Origin: Eledone cirrhosa
Taxonomy: Eukaryota
Reading direction: 5' to 3'
Length of the DNA stretch: 64,000 nucleotides
Assembly: GCA_964016885.1 (NCBI GenBank)
Contig: OZ024747.1
Coordinates: 45,074,001-45,138,000, forward strand
Part shown: piece by piece, positions 24,797 to 37,697 of the stretch
Layout: each line of letters starts with the position of its first letter
Position numbering within the stretch: the first letter of the stretch is position 1
Translations under genes and position numbers: made by a program
Notes under the pieces: generated by a model
What the model saw: only the letters and a program-made list of their open reading frames with translations
What the model was told of the DNA's origin: nothing
Database searches by the model: none

Positions 24797-27172
24797 TCAT
24801 CATCATCATCATCATCACCGTTTTACGTCCGTTCTTCCACGCTAGCATGGGTTAGACGGGTTGTCCTGTTGTGGGCAGTGTCTGGTCGGCTGACCATGCC
24901 TTGCTCATACAGGAACTGATCTGGCTTGATTTCTACAGCTGGATGCCCTTCCTAACACCAACCTCATTTACAGTGAGTGCTGGGTGCTTTTTCGTGGCGC
25001 CTACACGTCCACTTTACAGTGTGGGCTGGGTGCTTTTTTGCCGTGGCACCTCCACGACCACCTTGCGGTGGGGGGGGGGGGGGGCATATCGTTTATATGC
25101 TTCAGCATGTACCCATGGGAGGTCGGGTACCCTGTATTACTGCGTGACGCCAGAAGTCACGGTCGTGTGTCATTGACTTTGAGAGGTGTAGTTGGGTAAG
25201 GTCGGCTTTTATCACCTCATCCCAAGTCATCTTGGGTCTCCCCACTCCGCGGTTTCCATCAACTTCTAGTGCTCTGCACCTTTTTATGCAGCTGACATCC
25301 TTCATACGCATCACATGTCCATACCAGCGTAACCGCCTCTCCTGCACGCAGCATTTGATTCCTCTTATGCTCAGTCTCTCTCTCAATTCATTTATGCTTT
25401 GTCGTTCACGTATATTACTGTTACACATCCATCGGAGCATGCAGGCTTCGTTTCTCTCTAATCTACGTAAGTCTTCCACCTTCAGCGCCCAGGTCTCACT
25501 ACCATGCAACATCGCTGTTCGGATACACGCATCATACAGTCTGCCTTTCATTCTGAGGGAGAAGCCTTTTGCAGCTAGCAGTGGTAGTAGTTCCCTAAAC
25601 TTCTTCCATCCCGTTCTTACCCTAGTTATTGTACTTTCTGAGCACCCACCTCCGTTGCTAATTCGGTCACCTAGGTAGCAGAAGCTGTCTACTGTTTCTA
25701 CAGGGCCCTCCCAGAGATTGGTGGTACTTGTTTCCTGTGGCTGTTTGCTTGCTGTTTCAGCACAGCTGCTGCATGTGAATCCTACATTCTTAATTAAGCT
25801 TCCTGAGATCCCGCTACATCTCTTGTGTACCCATTGTTTGCATTTGGGGCAAAGAATGGAGTTCCTACCTACACCTTTCCTACATACTGAGCAAGGCCAT
25901 TTCCCTGAGGGGATCTGGGTTCTGTTTTCTCGTCTACTTATAAGGACCTTAGTCTTTGTCATGTTGACTTTGAGGCCCTTTCTCTCTAGTCCCTGCTTCC
26001 AGGTTTGGAATTTATTCTCTAGTTCTACCATAGATTCAGCTATGAGTGCGAGGTCATCAGCATACAGGAGTTCCCATGGGCATCCGGTCTTAAACTCCTC
26101 CGTTATTGCCTGCAGGACTATGATGAACAGGAGAGGGCTAAGAACAGAGCCCTGGTGGACCCCAACCTGTACGCTAAATTCCTCGCTATACTCATTGCCA
26201 ATCCTAACTTTGCTGACTGCTCCCCTATACATGGCTTGTACCGCTTTCACAAGCCATTCATCTACTCCTAGTTTTCTAAGAGCCCACCAGATTACTGCAC
26301 GTGGAACTCTGTCAAAGGCTTTCTCAAGGTCGACAAATGCCAAGTAGAGTGGCTTACTTTTAGCTAGGTACTTTTCCTGTAATTGCCTCACAAGGAAGAG
26401 CGCATCAGTGGTGCCTTTCCCTGGAACAAACCCAAATTGCATCTCGTCTATATTCACCCGGTCCCTAATCAGCTGTGCTATAACTCTTTCTGTTACTTTC
26501 ATGACCTGGTCCATCAACTTTATACCTCTATAGTTTCCTCTATCTAGTGCATCGCCTTTACCTTTGTAGCAGTTGACAATGATGCTACTGCACCAATCTT
26601 TTGGTATGGCCCCCTCTAGTATTACCTGGTTAACGATACGTGTGGTTATAGTGTGACCTACAGACCCAGATGCCTTCAGCATCTCGGCAGCTATACCCGA
26701 TGGACCGGTTGCCTTCCCTATCTTCATATCTCTGATTGCCTTACTTACTACGCTGCCGCTGACTTGTACTGCTGGTCCCTCTATAGGGTCTACGTGGGGT
26801 AGGGTCTCTTCTTCCCATGCATTCTCCTCATTTAGTAATCTATCATAATGACTCTTCCATGCATCTTTCTTCTCAGCACTTGTGAGGGCAAGCTCACCTT
26901 TATCATTCCGGATACACTTCTCTCCAATGACATCACAACTATCTCTGACACACTGCCTCGCAATCTTGAATACCTCCTGTTTCTGGTCCTCACGTTGTAA
27001 AACATGCTTGAATTTTCTATCCTCTGCTTCCCTCCTAGCTAAGTATACTTGTCGCCTAGCTTCCCTCTTGGTCTCTATGTAATGTACCCTGCTCCCCCCG
27101 TTCTTCCATTCTTTCCATGCCTGTCTCTTGGCCTTGACTGCTTCATCTACCTTATTGTTCCACCACCAAGTC
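24797..27172 (-). mobile_element. 5'-truncated RTE LINE (subfamily a), young copy
   Basis: Uninterrupted ORF, 3' UTR with short repeats, (GAT)n tail, inserted in a (CA)n(TA)n tract. Confidence 0.97.
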
Positions 27173-27174
27173 AC
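25102..27174 (-). CDS. RTE reverse transcriptase ORF (690 aa; APE endonuclease lost by 5' truncation; C4HC3 finger after RT)
   Basis: NYRGIKL, QFGF, FVDLEKAFDRV, QGSVLSP, YADD, FCYLG, HGSETW, RLRWYGHV, GRPKMTW motifs. Confidence 0.9.
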   Translation of the reverse strand: MTWWWNNKVDEAVKAKRQAWKEWKNGGSRVHYIETKREARRQVYLARREAEDRKFKHVLQREDQKQEVFKIARQCVRDSCDVIGEKCIRNDKGELALTSAEKKDAWKSHYDRLLNEENAWEEETLPHVDPIEGPAVQVSGSVVSKAIRDMKIGKATGPSGIAAEMLKASGSVGHTITTRIVNQVILEGAIPKDWCSSIIVNCYKGKGDALDRGNYRGIKLMDQVMKVTERVIAQLIRDRVNIDEMQFGFVPGKGTTDALFLVRQLQEKYLAKSKPLYLAFVDLEKAFDRVPRAVIWWALRKLGVDEWLVKAVQAMYRGAVSKVRIGNEYSEEFSVQVGVHQGSVLSPLLFIIVLQAITEEFKTGCPWELLYADDLALIAESMVELENKFQTWKQGLERKGLKVNMTKTKVLISRRENRTQIPSGKWPCSVCRKGVGRNSILCPKCKQWVHKRCSGISGSLIKNVGFTCSSCAETASKQPQETSTTNLWEGPVETVDSFCYLGDRISNGGGCSESTITRVRTGWKKFRELLPLLAAKGFSLRMKGRLYDACIRTAMLHGSETWALKVEDLRRLERNEACMLRWMCNSNIRERQSINELRERLSIRGIKCCVQERRLRWYGHVMRMKDVSCIKRCRALEVDGNRGVGRPKMTWDEVIKADLTQLHLSKSMTHDRDFWRHAVIQGTRPPMGTC

Positions 27175-27276
27175 ATATATGTATGCATAAGTTAATTTTA
27201 GGTTTAATCAATACATATAAAATATATATCGATAATGTTTCTCAGTAAAAAGCTCAAACTTCTGTTCAGAGCATCT

Positions 27277-27466
27277 ATAATATATTTGTAAACAATATAT
27301 ATGTGGATATATCAATTGAGAAATAAACTAGTATTTAATACATATATATAGAGAGTAAATGATATGTAGATTTATGCCTATCAGTTACTCTCTATATATA
27401 TGTACTAAATACTAGTTTATTTCTCAATTTATATATCCACATATATATAGTTTACAAATATATTAT
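27277..27466. repeat. Short fold-back inverted repeat (~90 bp arms)
   Basis: ataatatatttgtaaac...ttgagaaataaactagtattt...gagagtaa is mirrored by ttactctc...aaatactagtttatttctcaa...gtttacaaatatattat. Confidence 0.85.
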
Positions 27467-28702
27467 CATCATCATCACCATTTAACGTCCGTTCTTCCAT
27501 GCTAGCATGGGTTAGACGAGTTGTCCTGTTGCAGACAGTCTGGTCGGCTGACCATGTCTTGCTCATACAGGAACTGCTTTTGGCTTGATTTCTACAGCTG
27601 CATGCCCTTCCTAACACCAACCTCTTTTATAGTGTGGGCTGGGCACTTTTTGGTCATGACAACTACAGTGTGGTCTGGGCACTTTTTGTCATGTCACTTA
27701 CATGACCACTTTACAGTGTGGGCTGGGTGCTTTTGTCATGAACAACTACACAATCACTTTACAGTGTGGGCTGGGCACTTTTTGTGTGTCACCATCATGG
27801 CCACTTTACAGTGTGTTTGGGGAGGGATTGCGGAGGTAGATCTAGGGATGTGTGTGAGGCCGTGGGTGGAATGTTAGAGCTTAGAAGGTGCAAAAGAATG
27901 TAAATGAAGGGAGGTTATGGAAGGGGGAGGAGAAGGTACTGCATACAAGATGTATGCTTCAAGCTGTAGACATGGGACAATGAGTCTTCTCTATTACTGC
28001 ATAACGCCAGAGATCTTGGTCCTGTGTCATCAATTTCAAAAGGTGTAATTGTACAAGGTCAGCTTTTATTACCTCATCCCAAGTCTTGCTAGGTGAGGTA
28101 ATAAAAGCTGACCTTGTACAATTACACCTTTTGAAATTGATGACACAGGACCAAGATCTCTGGCGTTATGCAGTAATAGAGAAGACTCATTGTCCCATGT
28201 CTACAGCTTGAAGCATACATCTTGTATGCAGTACCTTCTCCTCCCCCTTCCATAACCTCCCTTCATTTACATTCTTTTGCACCTTCTAAGCTCTAACATT
28301 CCACCCACGGCCTCACACACATCCCTAGATCTACCTCCGCAATCCCTCCCCAAACACACTGTAAAGTGGCCATGATGGTGACACAACAAAAAGTGCCCAG
28401 CCCACACTGTAAAGTGATTGTGTAGTTGTTCATGACAAAAAGCACCCAGCCCACACTGTAAAGTGGTCATGTAAGTGACATGACAAAAAGTGCCCAGACC
28501 ACACTGTAGTTGTCATGACAAAAAGTGCCCAGCCCACACTATAAATGTGGTTGGTGTTAGGAAGGGAATGCAGCTACAGAAACCAAGCCAAAGCCAGTTC
28601 TGTATGAACAAGTCATGGTCATCTGGCCTGACTTGCCTCACAATGTGGCAACTCATCTAACCCATGCTAATGTGGAAAATGGACATTAAATGGTGATGAT
28701 GA
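27466..28702. mobile_element. Head-to-head inverted pair of RTE 3' ends forming a ~1.2 kb palindrome
   Basis: 27640-28075 is a near-exact reverse complement of 28095-28540; both arms end in (GAT)n tails pointing outward. Confidence 0.9.
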
Positions 28703-28934
28703 TATAATACTGAATTGTTTTATATTTAGGAACTCCATTGTTCTTGGGAAACTAAATGGTTTCATTTATGTTCCTCTCCAAGATGAGTACCTGGGCAAGG
28801 TTTTTATCGAATACCAGGATTGACTGCTACTATCTTCTATTTCTGCTAAGACATTTACTATTCAGCTATCAGGTCTTGAAACAAGACAACCCGTCCAACC
28901 CAATCCAGCATGGAAAGCAAACATAAAAATAATG

Positions 28935-29232
28935 ATAATAATTGTTTCTACTTTAGGCACAAGGCCAGCACTTACCCAGTGTATTACTGGTACTTTATTT
29001 TATCGGCCCCATAAGGATGAAAGGCAAAGTTAACCTCGGCGGGATTTGAACTTAGAATGGCAAGGGCCGTAACTCTATGTGTTAAAACATGGCGTCCGAT
29101 CCTCTATCGATATTGCCAATCCACCGCGATAATAATAATTGTTTCTACGTTAGGCACAAGGCCAGCAATTCACCAGTGTATTACTGGTACTTTATTTTAT
29201 CGACCCCGTAAGGATGAAAGGCAAAGTTAACC
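28935..29232 (-). mobile_element. SINE A, one full plus one partial copy in tandem
   Basis: Consensus match. Confidence 0.88.
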
Positions 29233-29415
29233 GTGATAATAATAATGATGATACTGCATGCTCATGTATTTAACTCTTTCATGACCATAGTCCTAATGAA
29301 ATACACATCATCCTTGTTTAATGTTTGTTTTCACAGACTAGTCATTATTCAAATGGAGCCACTGATGCTGATATGGCCACATCTCGCTTGCATTTCTGAA
29401 TTCTATTAATTGCTC

Positions 29416-29529
29416 CAATGGGCTAGGGCCCTGTCAATGGGCTAGGGCCCTGTCAATGGGCTAGGGCCCTGTCAATGGGCTAGGGCCCTGACAATGGGCT
29501 AGGGCTCTGACAATGGGCTAGGGCCCTGA
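29416..29529. repeat. 19-bp minisatellite x6 (caatgggctagggccctgw)
   Basis: Six contiguous units with no spacers. Confidence 0.97.
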
Positions 29530-30156
29530 CATACTATCTTGCATTCTATCAAGTGCATTTTATTGTGGCACCAGCACTAGGAAAGTTGTCATATATTTAA
29601 TACAGCTGAAGGGTCCTCTGAACCCTTGTTTGGCAGGCTTCCTATGGCTAGAAACCCTTCCTATCACCAACCCCTTTACAGAGGGAACTAGGTGAGTATA
29701 TTGTGTAGATCAACATTAGGGAGATTGTCAAGTCTATGGAACAAGTAACGTGTCATTCTGACCCTTTGTTTGGCAAACTTTCTATGGTTGGATCCCTTTT
29801 CTATCGCCAACTACTTTACAAGAATTTGAAGGGATTTACTAAACTTTTTTTAATTATTTCTTTAGGGTGGTATTTGTAATATAATTTAAAAAGGGCCTTA
29901 TATAAACTTATTTTGGGAGATTTTAATTTAAATAGTAATGCTATAAAATGGGCAGTTTTGTTTCATAGTATCAGAGTTTTAGGCACGAAGGGTGTAATTT
30001 GAGAGACATTTGGTTGCTATTTCTAGCAGGTTAAGTGACTGTATAGAAGCATATCAGAGGTTTATTTTTATCATTCTTAGCTATTACAATCTTGTTTGAT
30101 TCCCTTTGTTTTTTCTCTGAGAGAAGCTTGAGAGGTTTTAGTCTGTATTATTTGTA

Positions 30157-30348
30157 TGGTGGATTGGCAGTATCAGTAGAGGGTCAGGTGCCATGCTTTG
30201 AAGCATAGAGTTACCTCCCTTTATGATCTGAGTTCAAATCCCGCCGAGGTTAACTTTGCCTTTCATCCTTACGGGGTTGATAAAATAAAGTACCAGTAAT
30301 GCACTGGGGGTAATTGCTGGCCTTGTGCCTAAAAGTAGAAACAATTAT
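30157..30348 (+). mobile_element. SINE A
   Basis: Consensus match. Confidence 0.9.
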
Positions 30349-30790
30349 TTGTATGGTCACTTTATCTATCATAATAACAAAACACCTGACTAAAATCTCT
30401 GCAACTGGTTTTAATTATTGAAGCTGCTTGCTTAACAATTAATAAGATTCTTTTCTTAGAGCAGGCAGGGAGAATACTGATGAGTTGGTTTTCATTACTA
30501 GACTAGATAGGATTGTCATACAGAAATTACAGAGTAATATTTGCAGACACACTCTCTTATCAGGATTAAGAATGGAATCAAATAAGAAAATATTTAATAT
30601 TAAATTAATTGAAATCATATAAATATCAAGAGATAGGACGAGGATATCTTTGAAACTGAAAATGAAGAGGAGTAATTAAGATTGCCAAACTAATTGAAAC
30701 AGTAAAGACAATTAATAGTAGAAGTCTGATTCATTACTGGATTCAAGAATTTTGTTAAACCTCTTTAATGAAACTACTAATATAGTCATT

Positions 30791-30922
<132 letters not shown>

Positions 30923-31195
30923 CATGAATGTGTGTGTGTATATATATATTTTCATATATGTGTGTATAGTATATGCATGAATGTGTGTGTGTGGTGTGGT
31001 GTGGTGTGTGTGAAAATGGCTTAGTGATTGATTAAAGGTATACAAATGACAATTGTAAGGTTGTGAATTCGATTTCTTTTGGAATTTTGTATCCTTGATC
31101 AAAACATATTTTCATGCTGCTCCGACATGTCCAACCATTGCTAGCAAGGAAAACAAATGTGTTATGATGATGATGATGATATATATATAAGTGTC

Positions 31196-31229
<34 letters not shown>

Positions 31230-31905
31230 AAATAATTGTTTCTACTTTTGGCACAAGGCCAGCAATTACCCAGTACATTACTGGTACTTTATTTTATCGG
31301 CCTCGTAAGGATGAAAGGCAAAGTTGACCTCGGCGGGATTTGAACTCAGAATGGAAAGGGCCGTAACTATGTGTCAAAGCATGACGTCCGACCCTCTACC
31401 GATACTGCCCTATAATATATATCAAATAATTGTTTCTACTTTTTGGCACAAGGCCAGCAATTACCGAGTGCATTACTGGTACTTTATTTTATCGACCCTG
31501 TAAGGATGAAAGGCAAAGTCAACCTCAGCGGGATTTGAACTCAGATCGTTAAGGGACGTAACTATGCATCAAAGCATGACGTCCGACCCTCTACCGATAC
31601 TGCCAATCCACTGTCCTATAATATATATCAAATAATTGTTTCTACTTTTTGGCACAAAGCCAGCAATTACCGAGTGCATTACTGGTACTTTATTTTATCG
31701 ACCCTGTAAGGATGAAAGACAAAGTCAACCTCAGCGGGATTTGAACTCAGATCGTTAAGGGACGTAACTATGCATCAAAGCATGACGTCCGACCCTCTAC
31801 CGATACTGCCAATCCACTGTCCTATAATATATATCAAATAATTGTTTCTACTTTTAGGCACAAGGCCAGCAATTACCGAGTGCATTACTGGTACTTTATT
31901 TTATC
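31230..31905 (-). mobile_element. Tandem array of SINE A (three full units plus a partial, ~204 bp period)
   Basis: Units separated by an identical tataatatatatcaaataat linker. Confidence 0.92.
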
Positions 31906-32424
31906 AAATAATGGTAGCCATGAATACTCCATCACTCATTATCACCTACCTAGGATAAAGTGCTTTGAATCGCTAGGACCAGCTTATCCTTAGAAAGTTA
32001 CAACATAATAACTAAGATAAACCACACTCTTCTGCTCTCTCTATATATATATGTTCATACACAGAACAAAAGCACTACCCAAGGTTTCAAGGCCCAAATT
32101 TAACCATAACTTATGTAATGAGCAAGAGAAAAAGTATTCAATACTTGTAGAATATAATTATTTGTTTTAAGCAACTGAACATTTTTTGTGTTAATGCATC
32201 ATTCATTTGTATTTGTGCTTCAGAGTCTACCCTGTAATATAGATGGAGCTTTATTGTAAAAAATTCAAGTGACTTTTATGGTTATGAAACAGGAAAAGGA
32301 AGAGAAAGGCTAGAGTCACAAAAGAATGGGAGAGGAAAAGAGGAGATTGATAGGCTCTGGGCCTAGGGGACAGTGGTATTGGGGTTGCAGCTGGATACAG
32401 CCGGTTTAAATGCTAAAGGGTTAA

Positions 32425-32715
32425 ATCATTAACTGTTTTTGGAAAACAATCAAAGTGGCCTTGGAGGAAATGAACTGTAATACTCATGCTACAGCCAAAT
32501 TTATTAAAATTAGAGAGCATTACCGATACCAATTCAGAGTAATTGTCCATCATATGCTTGCCAAGAAATTTTTGACAGCTAGAACAAAGAACATGCACAT
32601 GATTAGTGTTATCCATTGAATCTATGAAATGCAAATGTTTAAAAAATCCCTTACCTGGAAAACATCAAAACTTTCTACTATGTGTTTTTCTGTGCTAAGC
32701 TAAGCCCAATGAAAT
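32425..32715 (-). pseudogene. Chapaev3-like DNA transposase relic
   Basis: KFLGKHMMDNYSELV...FGCSMSITVHFLQGHFDCFP resembles the FLGN...NY..LV...GC.MS.KIHFLHSHLDFFP motif; family name recalled, not searched. Confidence 0.6.
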
Positions 32716-33829
32716 TACAACAAAGTTTTTGTGCTAAAATAAATTGATATGTCATTATTGTAATTTTGTATTAAATAATAGGTTCAACAAACTTTAATCC
32801 TCAAGTATATCATAGAAGATATTTCCCTAAATTTCCATATAGTGGGCTTGGACCCAGAATCACATGATCACAAAGCAAACTAATTAATTACATATTTATG
32901 TCGGTTCCTGGATATATCAAGACACAGAGGCAATATTTTTAATAACTACTTTTGATCTTGTAGAATTGCAGATTTTCCCAACAATCTGGCATTGATAAAT
33001 TTACTTTCTATAGCAATCAAGAAACCAACTTCTGAATACATGCCTCTATTAGCTGGGTAAATTATAACTGGAAAACTGAAATAGTTAATTGCATAAGAAA
33101 TAGATACTGCAGCTGCATTACACTGTAATTGGAAATATGCAGAAATGATGATGACAAGCAAACATAATTGCAGGAAAATATTTTCAACACAAAAAGATGT
33201 TTTCTCTGATATGTACTATTAGTTCATAATTCGTTTTAACTATTGTTATTGTAGTGGTTACTGTTATTATTGTAGTGGTTGATACTGTTGCTACTGTAAG
33301 GGCTGGCACCAGACTATCTGGCATGCTAGACAAGGTTAGGGTTTTACTTGTTCTGGTCAGACTGAATCTACCCAATTATTTGTTCCTGTATGAAATAAAC
33401 CAGGATAAAAAAAACGACCCTCAATAAAACTGGAATTTATTTATTTTTCAAAATTGTTGTTGTTTAGCCTTATGCATGACCACGTGGAATCTTTCTCATT
33501 TTTCTTGTGTGTGTTGGCAATCATATCATTCTTTAGCACTGAGAGTGCCCTGATCAAGTATAATAAAAGGCATCCCAGCCGTGATCATCCTGTCTCTTTC
33601 ATAGTATACTTCACACTACCTTATTTAATGTGTCGCTTTTCTTTTGAAAACAATGGGATATGTTTTGAGGGACATTCGGTTGCTATCTCTAGCAGATCAA
33701 ATGACCACGTAGAGGGTATTCTCATTTAAGAAATTATTCTAGTTAATGTTGAAGTGAGATGTAAGATGTGGTGTATTGTTGCTGTTTAGCTCCAGCAGAC
33801 TTATGATGAACAATGTTCCAACCATGATC

Positions 33830-34030
33830 ATCTAGAGTGTCAGACACCATGCTTCGTGGCATAATTACCTGCCTTTATGTTCTGAGTTCAAATCCTGTCG
33901 AGGTTAGTTTTGCTTTTCATCCTTAAGTGGGTTGATAAAATAAAGCACCAGTAATGCTCTGGGGATCGATTTAATCGACTTTCCCCTCCCCCAAAATTGC
34001 TGGCCTTGTGCCTAAATTAGAAACCATTAT
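33830..34030 (+). mobile_element. SINE A inside a degenerate gatttggctgttatttctagcagg repeat tract (33640-34430)
   Basis: Consensus match. Confidence 0.8.
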
Positions 34031-34497
34031 TTATTCAGATATTGTATATTTTGGAAGACATTATATAATGTATCTTTCTTGGATGGAATTTTGAAGATAT
34101 TTGGATATTTTGGTTGTTATTTTCATCAGGTTTAGAAACAATCTGTCTTTCCATTATAAAATGGCTGAGTGGGATTTGAGGAAGATTTAGCCACTATTTC
34201 TAACAACCTAAGTGATCATATTGATGCTTTCTTGTTGTTTTGGTGTGTTTCCCTTTCAAAATGGTAGAGCATAATTTGAAGGACATTTCTTTTAGTTGGT
34301 TGTGTAATCATATAAAGACATTTTTTAAAATGGTAATATGTGATTTGAAGGAGATTTTGGCTGTTATTTCTGGTAGACTAGGTCACAATATGAAAGATTT
34401 GTTTTTAAAATAGTAAGGTGTGACTTGATTTCTACTGGTACCAGATCAACATATCACATTGAGGCTGACTTTTTGACTCATTGCTTATACATTTTAA

Positions 34498-34720
34498 CCC
34501 TACAAAACCATCTGAAACTGTCACCAGTTCTTTGATACAAAATTGTGTTTTAAAGTGTGTATATTTATCTGAAAACCTGTCATAATTTTATCTAAGAGCT
34601 CTTGTTAAATTAAGCTCTAAACACCTACTTTATACTAAATACCTCCAAATTCCTGATTATTCTCTAAATTACTTGAAAACGATATGCAGTGTATTTCATT
34701 AGAAATTTGGTAATGAAAGG
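34498..34720. mobile_element. Second TTAA-flanked MITE-like element
   Basis: ttaa|ccct ... gaaaggg|ttaa; the right end is the reverse complement of ~29270-29306. Confidence 0.45.
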
Positions 34721-35767
34721 GTTAAAATGTTCAGATTAGGTTTATTTTTAAATAGGTCAAGCCAGCACAAAAAGGTGAACATTTTGACTAAATGTGTCTT
34801 TTACAAGTGAAATTCAGCTGTTATTTCTAGAATCTTCTATGAATATTTTAGTTCTTAGTCAACTATGATTTAGGTCAAATCCTCTTGTTACATAAAACAT
34901 TTTCTGTGTCAGTTAATGACTGAAATTGTTCCGATATGCTCTGAAAAACAGGAATCCAGAGCATCTCTCTCTCTCATTTTCTTTCAAACACAACTTTTTT
35001 TTTCTCCTCACTCTATTTCTCCCACTCTATATATGGAGATTTAATTATATATGTATGTATCTAAGAACATAAATTAAACCAAAGCCATGCAAATGTAAAT
35101 CATACACCTACAATTGACCCCAAACACCAGATCCAAACAGCTCAAGTAAAAGTTAAACCATACATGTCTTTCCAACTATGTTCCCACCTCCCAGTAAACC
35201 AGCCACCATCCCACACCAATCACTGGTATAGAGATCACAGATGTCATCAAATGTAACCACCATATGTAGTTATCTATCTATCTCTTTCTATCTCTCTCTC
35301 TATATATATATACACACATATATATAAGTTACCCCAAAACTGATTATTATAAACCTTAAACCTGATCAATGTCAACCTCAATCACATCATCTTCAACATA
35401 AATTTTGTCACTCTAGTATGGGGTGAATATTTTTATTTATGAAGAGTGAGACACTGTCATTGATTGCAAAGAATAACATATTTCATAAAGAAATTGTTAA
35501 ATCTTACATTACTGTAAATATACATACATTTATGTAAAACTGCATGTAGAAAGACAAAAACAGAATAACATTAGTTTAACCTTTTATTCATTATTCACTT
35601 TTCTTAATTCTCTTAACATCTGAATACCTAAAAAATCCTGCTTAGTTGTAAACAAAGTCAGTCCAATATACTGTAATTTTATTTATACCAAGGTAACTTG
35701 GAGACAATTATGTTGGATATTTTAAAGCAATATTCTTAGTGTCTGTGTTGGTAATTAATTTTAATTA

Positions 35768-35956
35768 GGGCGGTGGATTGGCAGTATCGGTAGATGGTCG
35801 GGCGCCATGCTTTGCAGCACAGTTATGTCCCTTTACGGACTGAGTTCAAATCCCGTCGAGGTTAACTTTGCCTTTCATCCTTACGGGATCGATAAAATAA
35901 AGTACCAGTAATGCACTGGGATAATTGCTGGCCTTGTGCCAAAAGTAGAAACAATA
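35768..35956 (+). mobile_element. SINE A
   Basis: Consensus match. Confidence 0.9.
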
Positions 35957-36008
35957 TTATATATTAAATTGTGTACTAAGCAGATGGGGTATACATTAAG
36001 TATATAGC

Positions 36009-36330
36009 TGTGAAGGCACGTGGCTTAGTGGTTAGAGAGAGGGATTCACAATCATGAGGTTGTGAGTTCAATTCTCGGACCGGGTGATGCATTGTGTCCT
36101 TGAGCAAGACACTTTAGTTTGATGTTGCTCCTTCTTCCAGGTGTTATGACTGGTAGATAGTATCAGCAATGGAAAGACCAATGGAAAAACACTGTTTCCT
36201 TGGTCCGATTTGATGAGGCTCACTTCACTCAGCAAGTGAATGAGGTCTGGAATCTTATTGGTCGATCAGAGTGAGAGCGATATAGCTGTAGATATTTAGT
36301 ACAGAGCCTAACTGAGACTGCATAAACATT
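36009..36330 (+). mobile_element. SINE B head with alternative tail
   Basis: Matches 14381-14600. Confidence 0.8.
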
Positions 36331-36489
36331 TATATAGATAAACATATTAAGTATATAGTCATGTAATCATGTATCTATGATCTATATTCCTCTGTGTATG
36401 TTTATTATATGTGTATGCTTATGTGCATGCTAATGAGTGTTTGTAAGTATAAAGGAAGCTATCTAACTTCCATTTAAATAGTCATGATT

Positions 36490-36870
36490 TCATATTTAGT
36501 CATAAGGCTAGCAAATTTGGTGGAAGGGCAAAATTGATGAAATCAACCATATTACGTCACTTGTATTTTAAGCACCCAGTCCACTCTGAAAATGTGGTTC
36601 GTGTTAGGAAGGTCATCCAGCCATAGAAACCAAGCCAAAATCAGTCCAGTATGAGCAAGATATGGTCATCTGATTTGGCTTGGCTCACAGTGGGACAACT
36701 CGACTAACCCATGCTAATGTGGAAAAATGGACATTAAAAGGTGATGATGATGACCTCAGAAGGATGAAAAGAAAGTTGACCTTGGCAAGATTTGAACTCA
36801 GAACATAAAGAGTTGAAGTACATACTACTAAGAATATGTACAATACTTTAATGACACTGCAAATCCACCA
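36490..36870. mobile_element. Old SINE A (-) interrupted by an RTE 3' tail (+, ~36570-36752)
   Basis: SINE halves flank gtgttaggaaggtcatccagcc...ggacattaaaaggtgatgatgatg. Confidence 0.7.
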
Positions 36871-37660
36871 CTACTTCTAATTAATAAAAATGAAATAACA
36901 ATTTAAATAATAATAATATTTCATTTTTTCCTATTACTTTTATTCATTTGATGAAACACCAGTGAAGATTATTTTAGAAAATACTAAATCTTAAAATATG
37001 ATTGTCAAATCAAATACATTTGACAATGTTCTCTGTTATTTCAAAATACCTACCTTTCAAATGGAAGATTTGATTAAAACTTATGTAAAGTCTCCAAAAG
37101 AAATATATATTTTTTCAAATATTTTCTTTCTCGCAATTCATTTCAACATGAAGTCTATAATAACAGACAACGAGACAAGACAGCTACCATGTTTTCATTG
37201 TTATCTTTTGTACTCTTTACATTATATTTTAATAGTGTTTTTTCTCTCTCTAGTCCAGAGAACTAGAATCAGTCTCTAACATTATGTAGGTAAGTATGTA
37301 TGATTGTCACTAGGTACTTAATTCTTTTTTTCATTCTGTTCATTTTCATTAGATGGAAATAAGTGAAATTTGAAGCGGTATATAGGAACAAATGAAGAAG
37401 CTGTATTAATGTTACCATTGAAGATATCAAATAGACTAGAAAAAATATCACTAATAAAACAACAGCAACAAAAACAACAAAAAAAGAAAAATTTGAAATA
37501 TTTAAAATGATAAAATACATCAGATCATTTTCCATTATGAATTACATGTATTAATTCATATCATATTGAGATATGTGTATTTGTGTGTACATACATACTC
37601 ACACACACATATATATATATATATATTTATATATGTAGATATGTGTGTGTGTATCTATGA

Positions 37661-37697
<37 letters not shown>

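Noticed and set aside
25232-26347. Plus-strand ORFs overlapping the RTE ORFs (also 1459-2403, 47184-48125)
   Set aside because: Antisense shadows of the RT frame; repeated only because the LINE is repeated
25102-27174. Autonomous or domesticated RT gene
   Set aside because: Homology stops abruptly at 27172 with no ATG or endonuclease domain, consistent with ordinary 5' truncation
29416-29529. CRISPR-like repeat array
   Set aside because: Units are contiguous with no spacers; eukaryotic context and no cas genes
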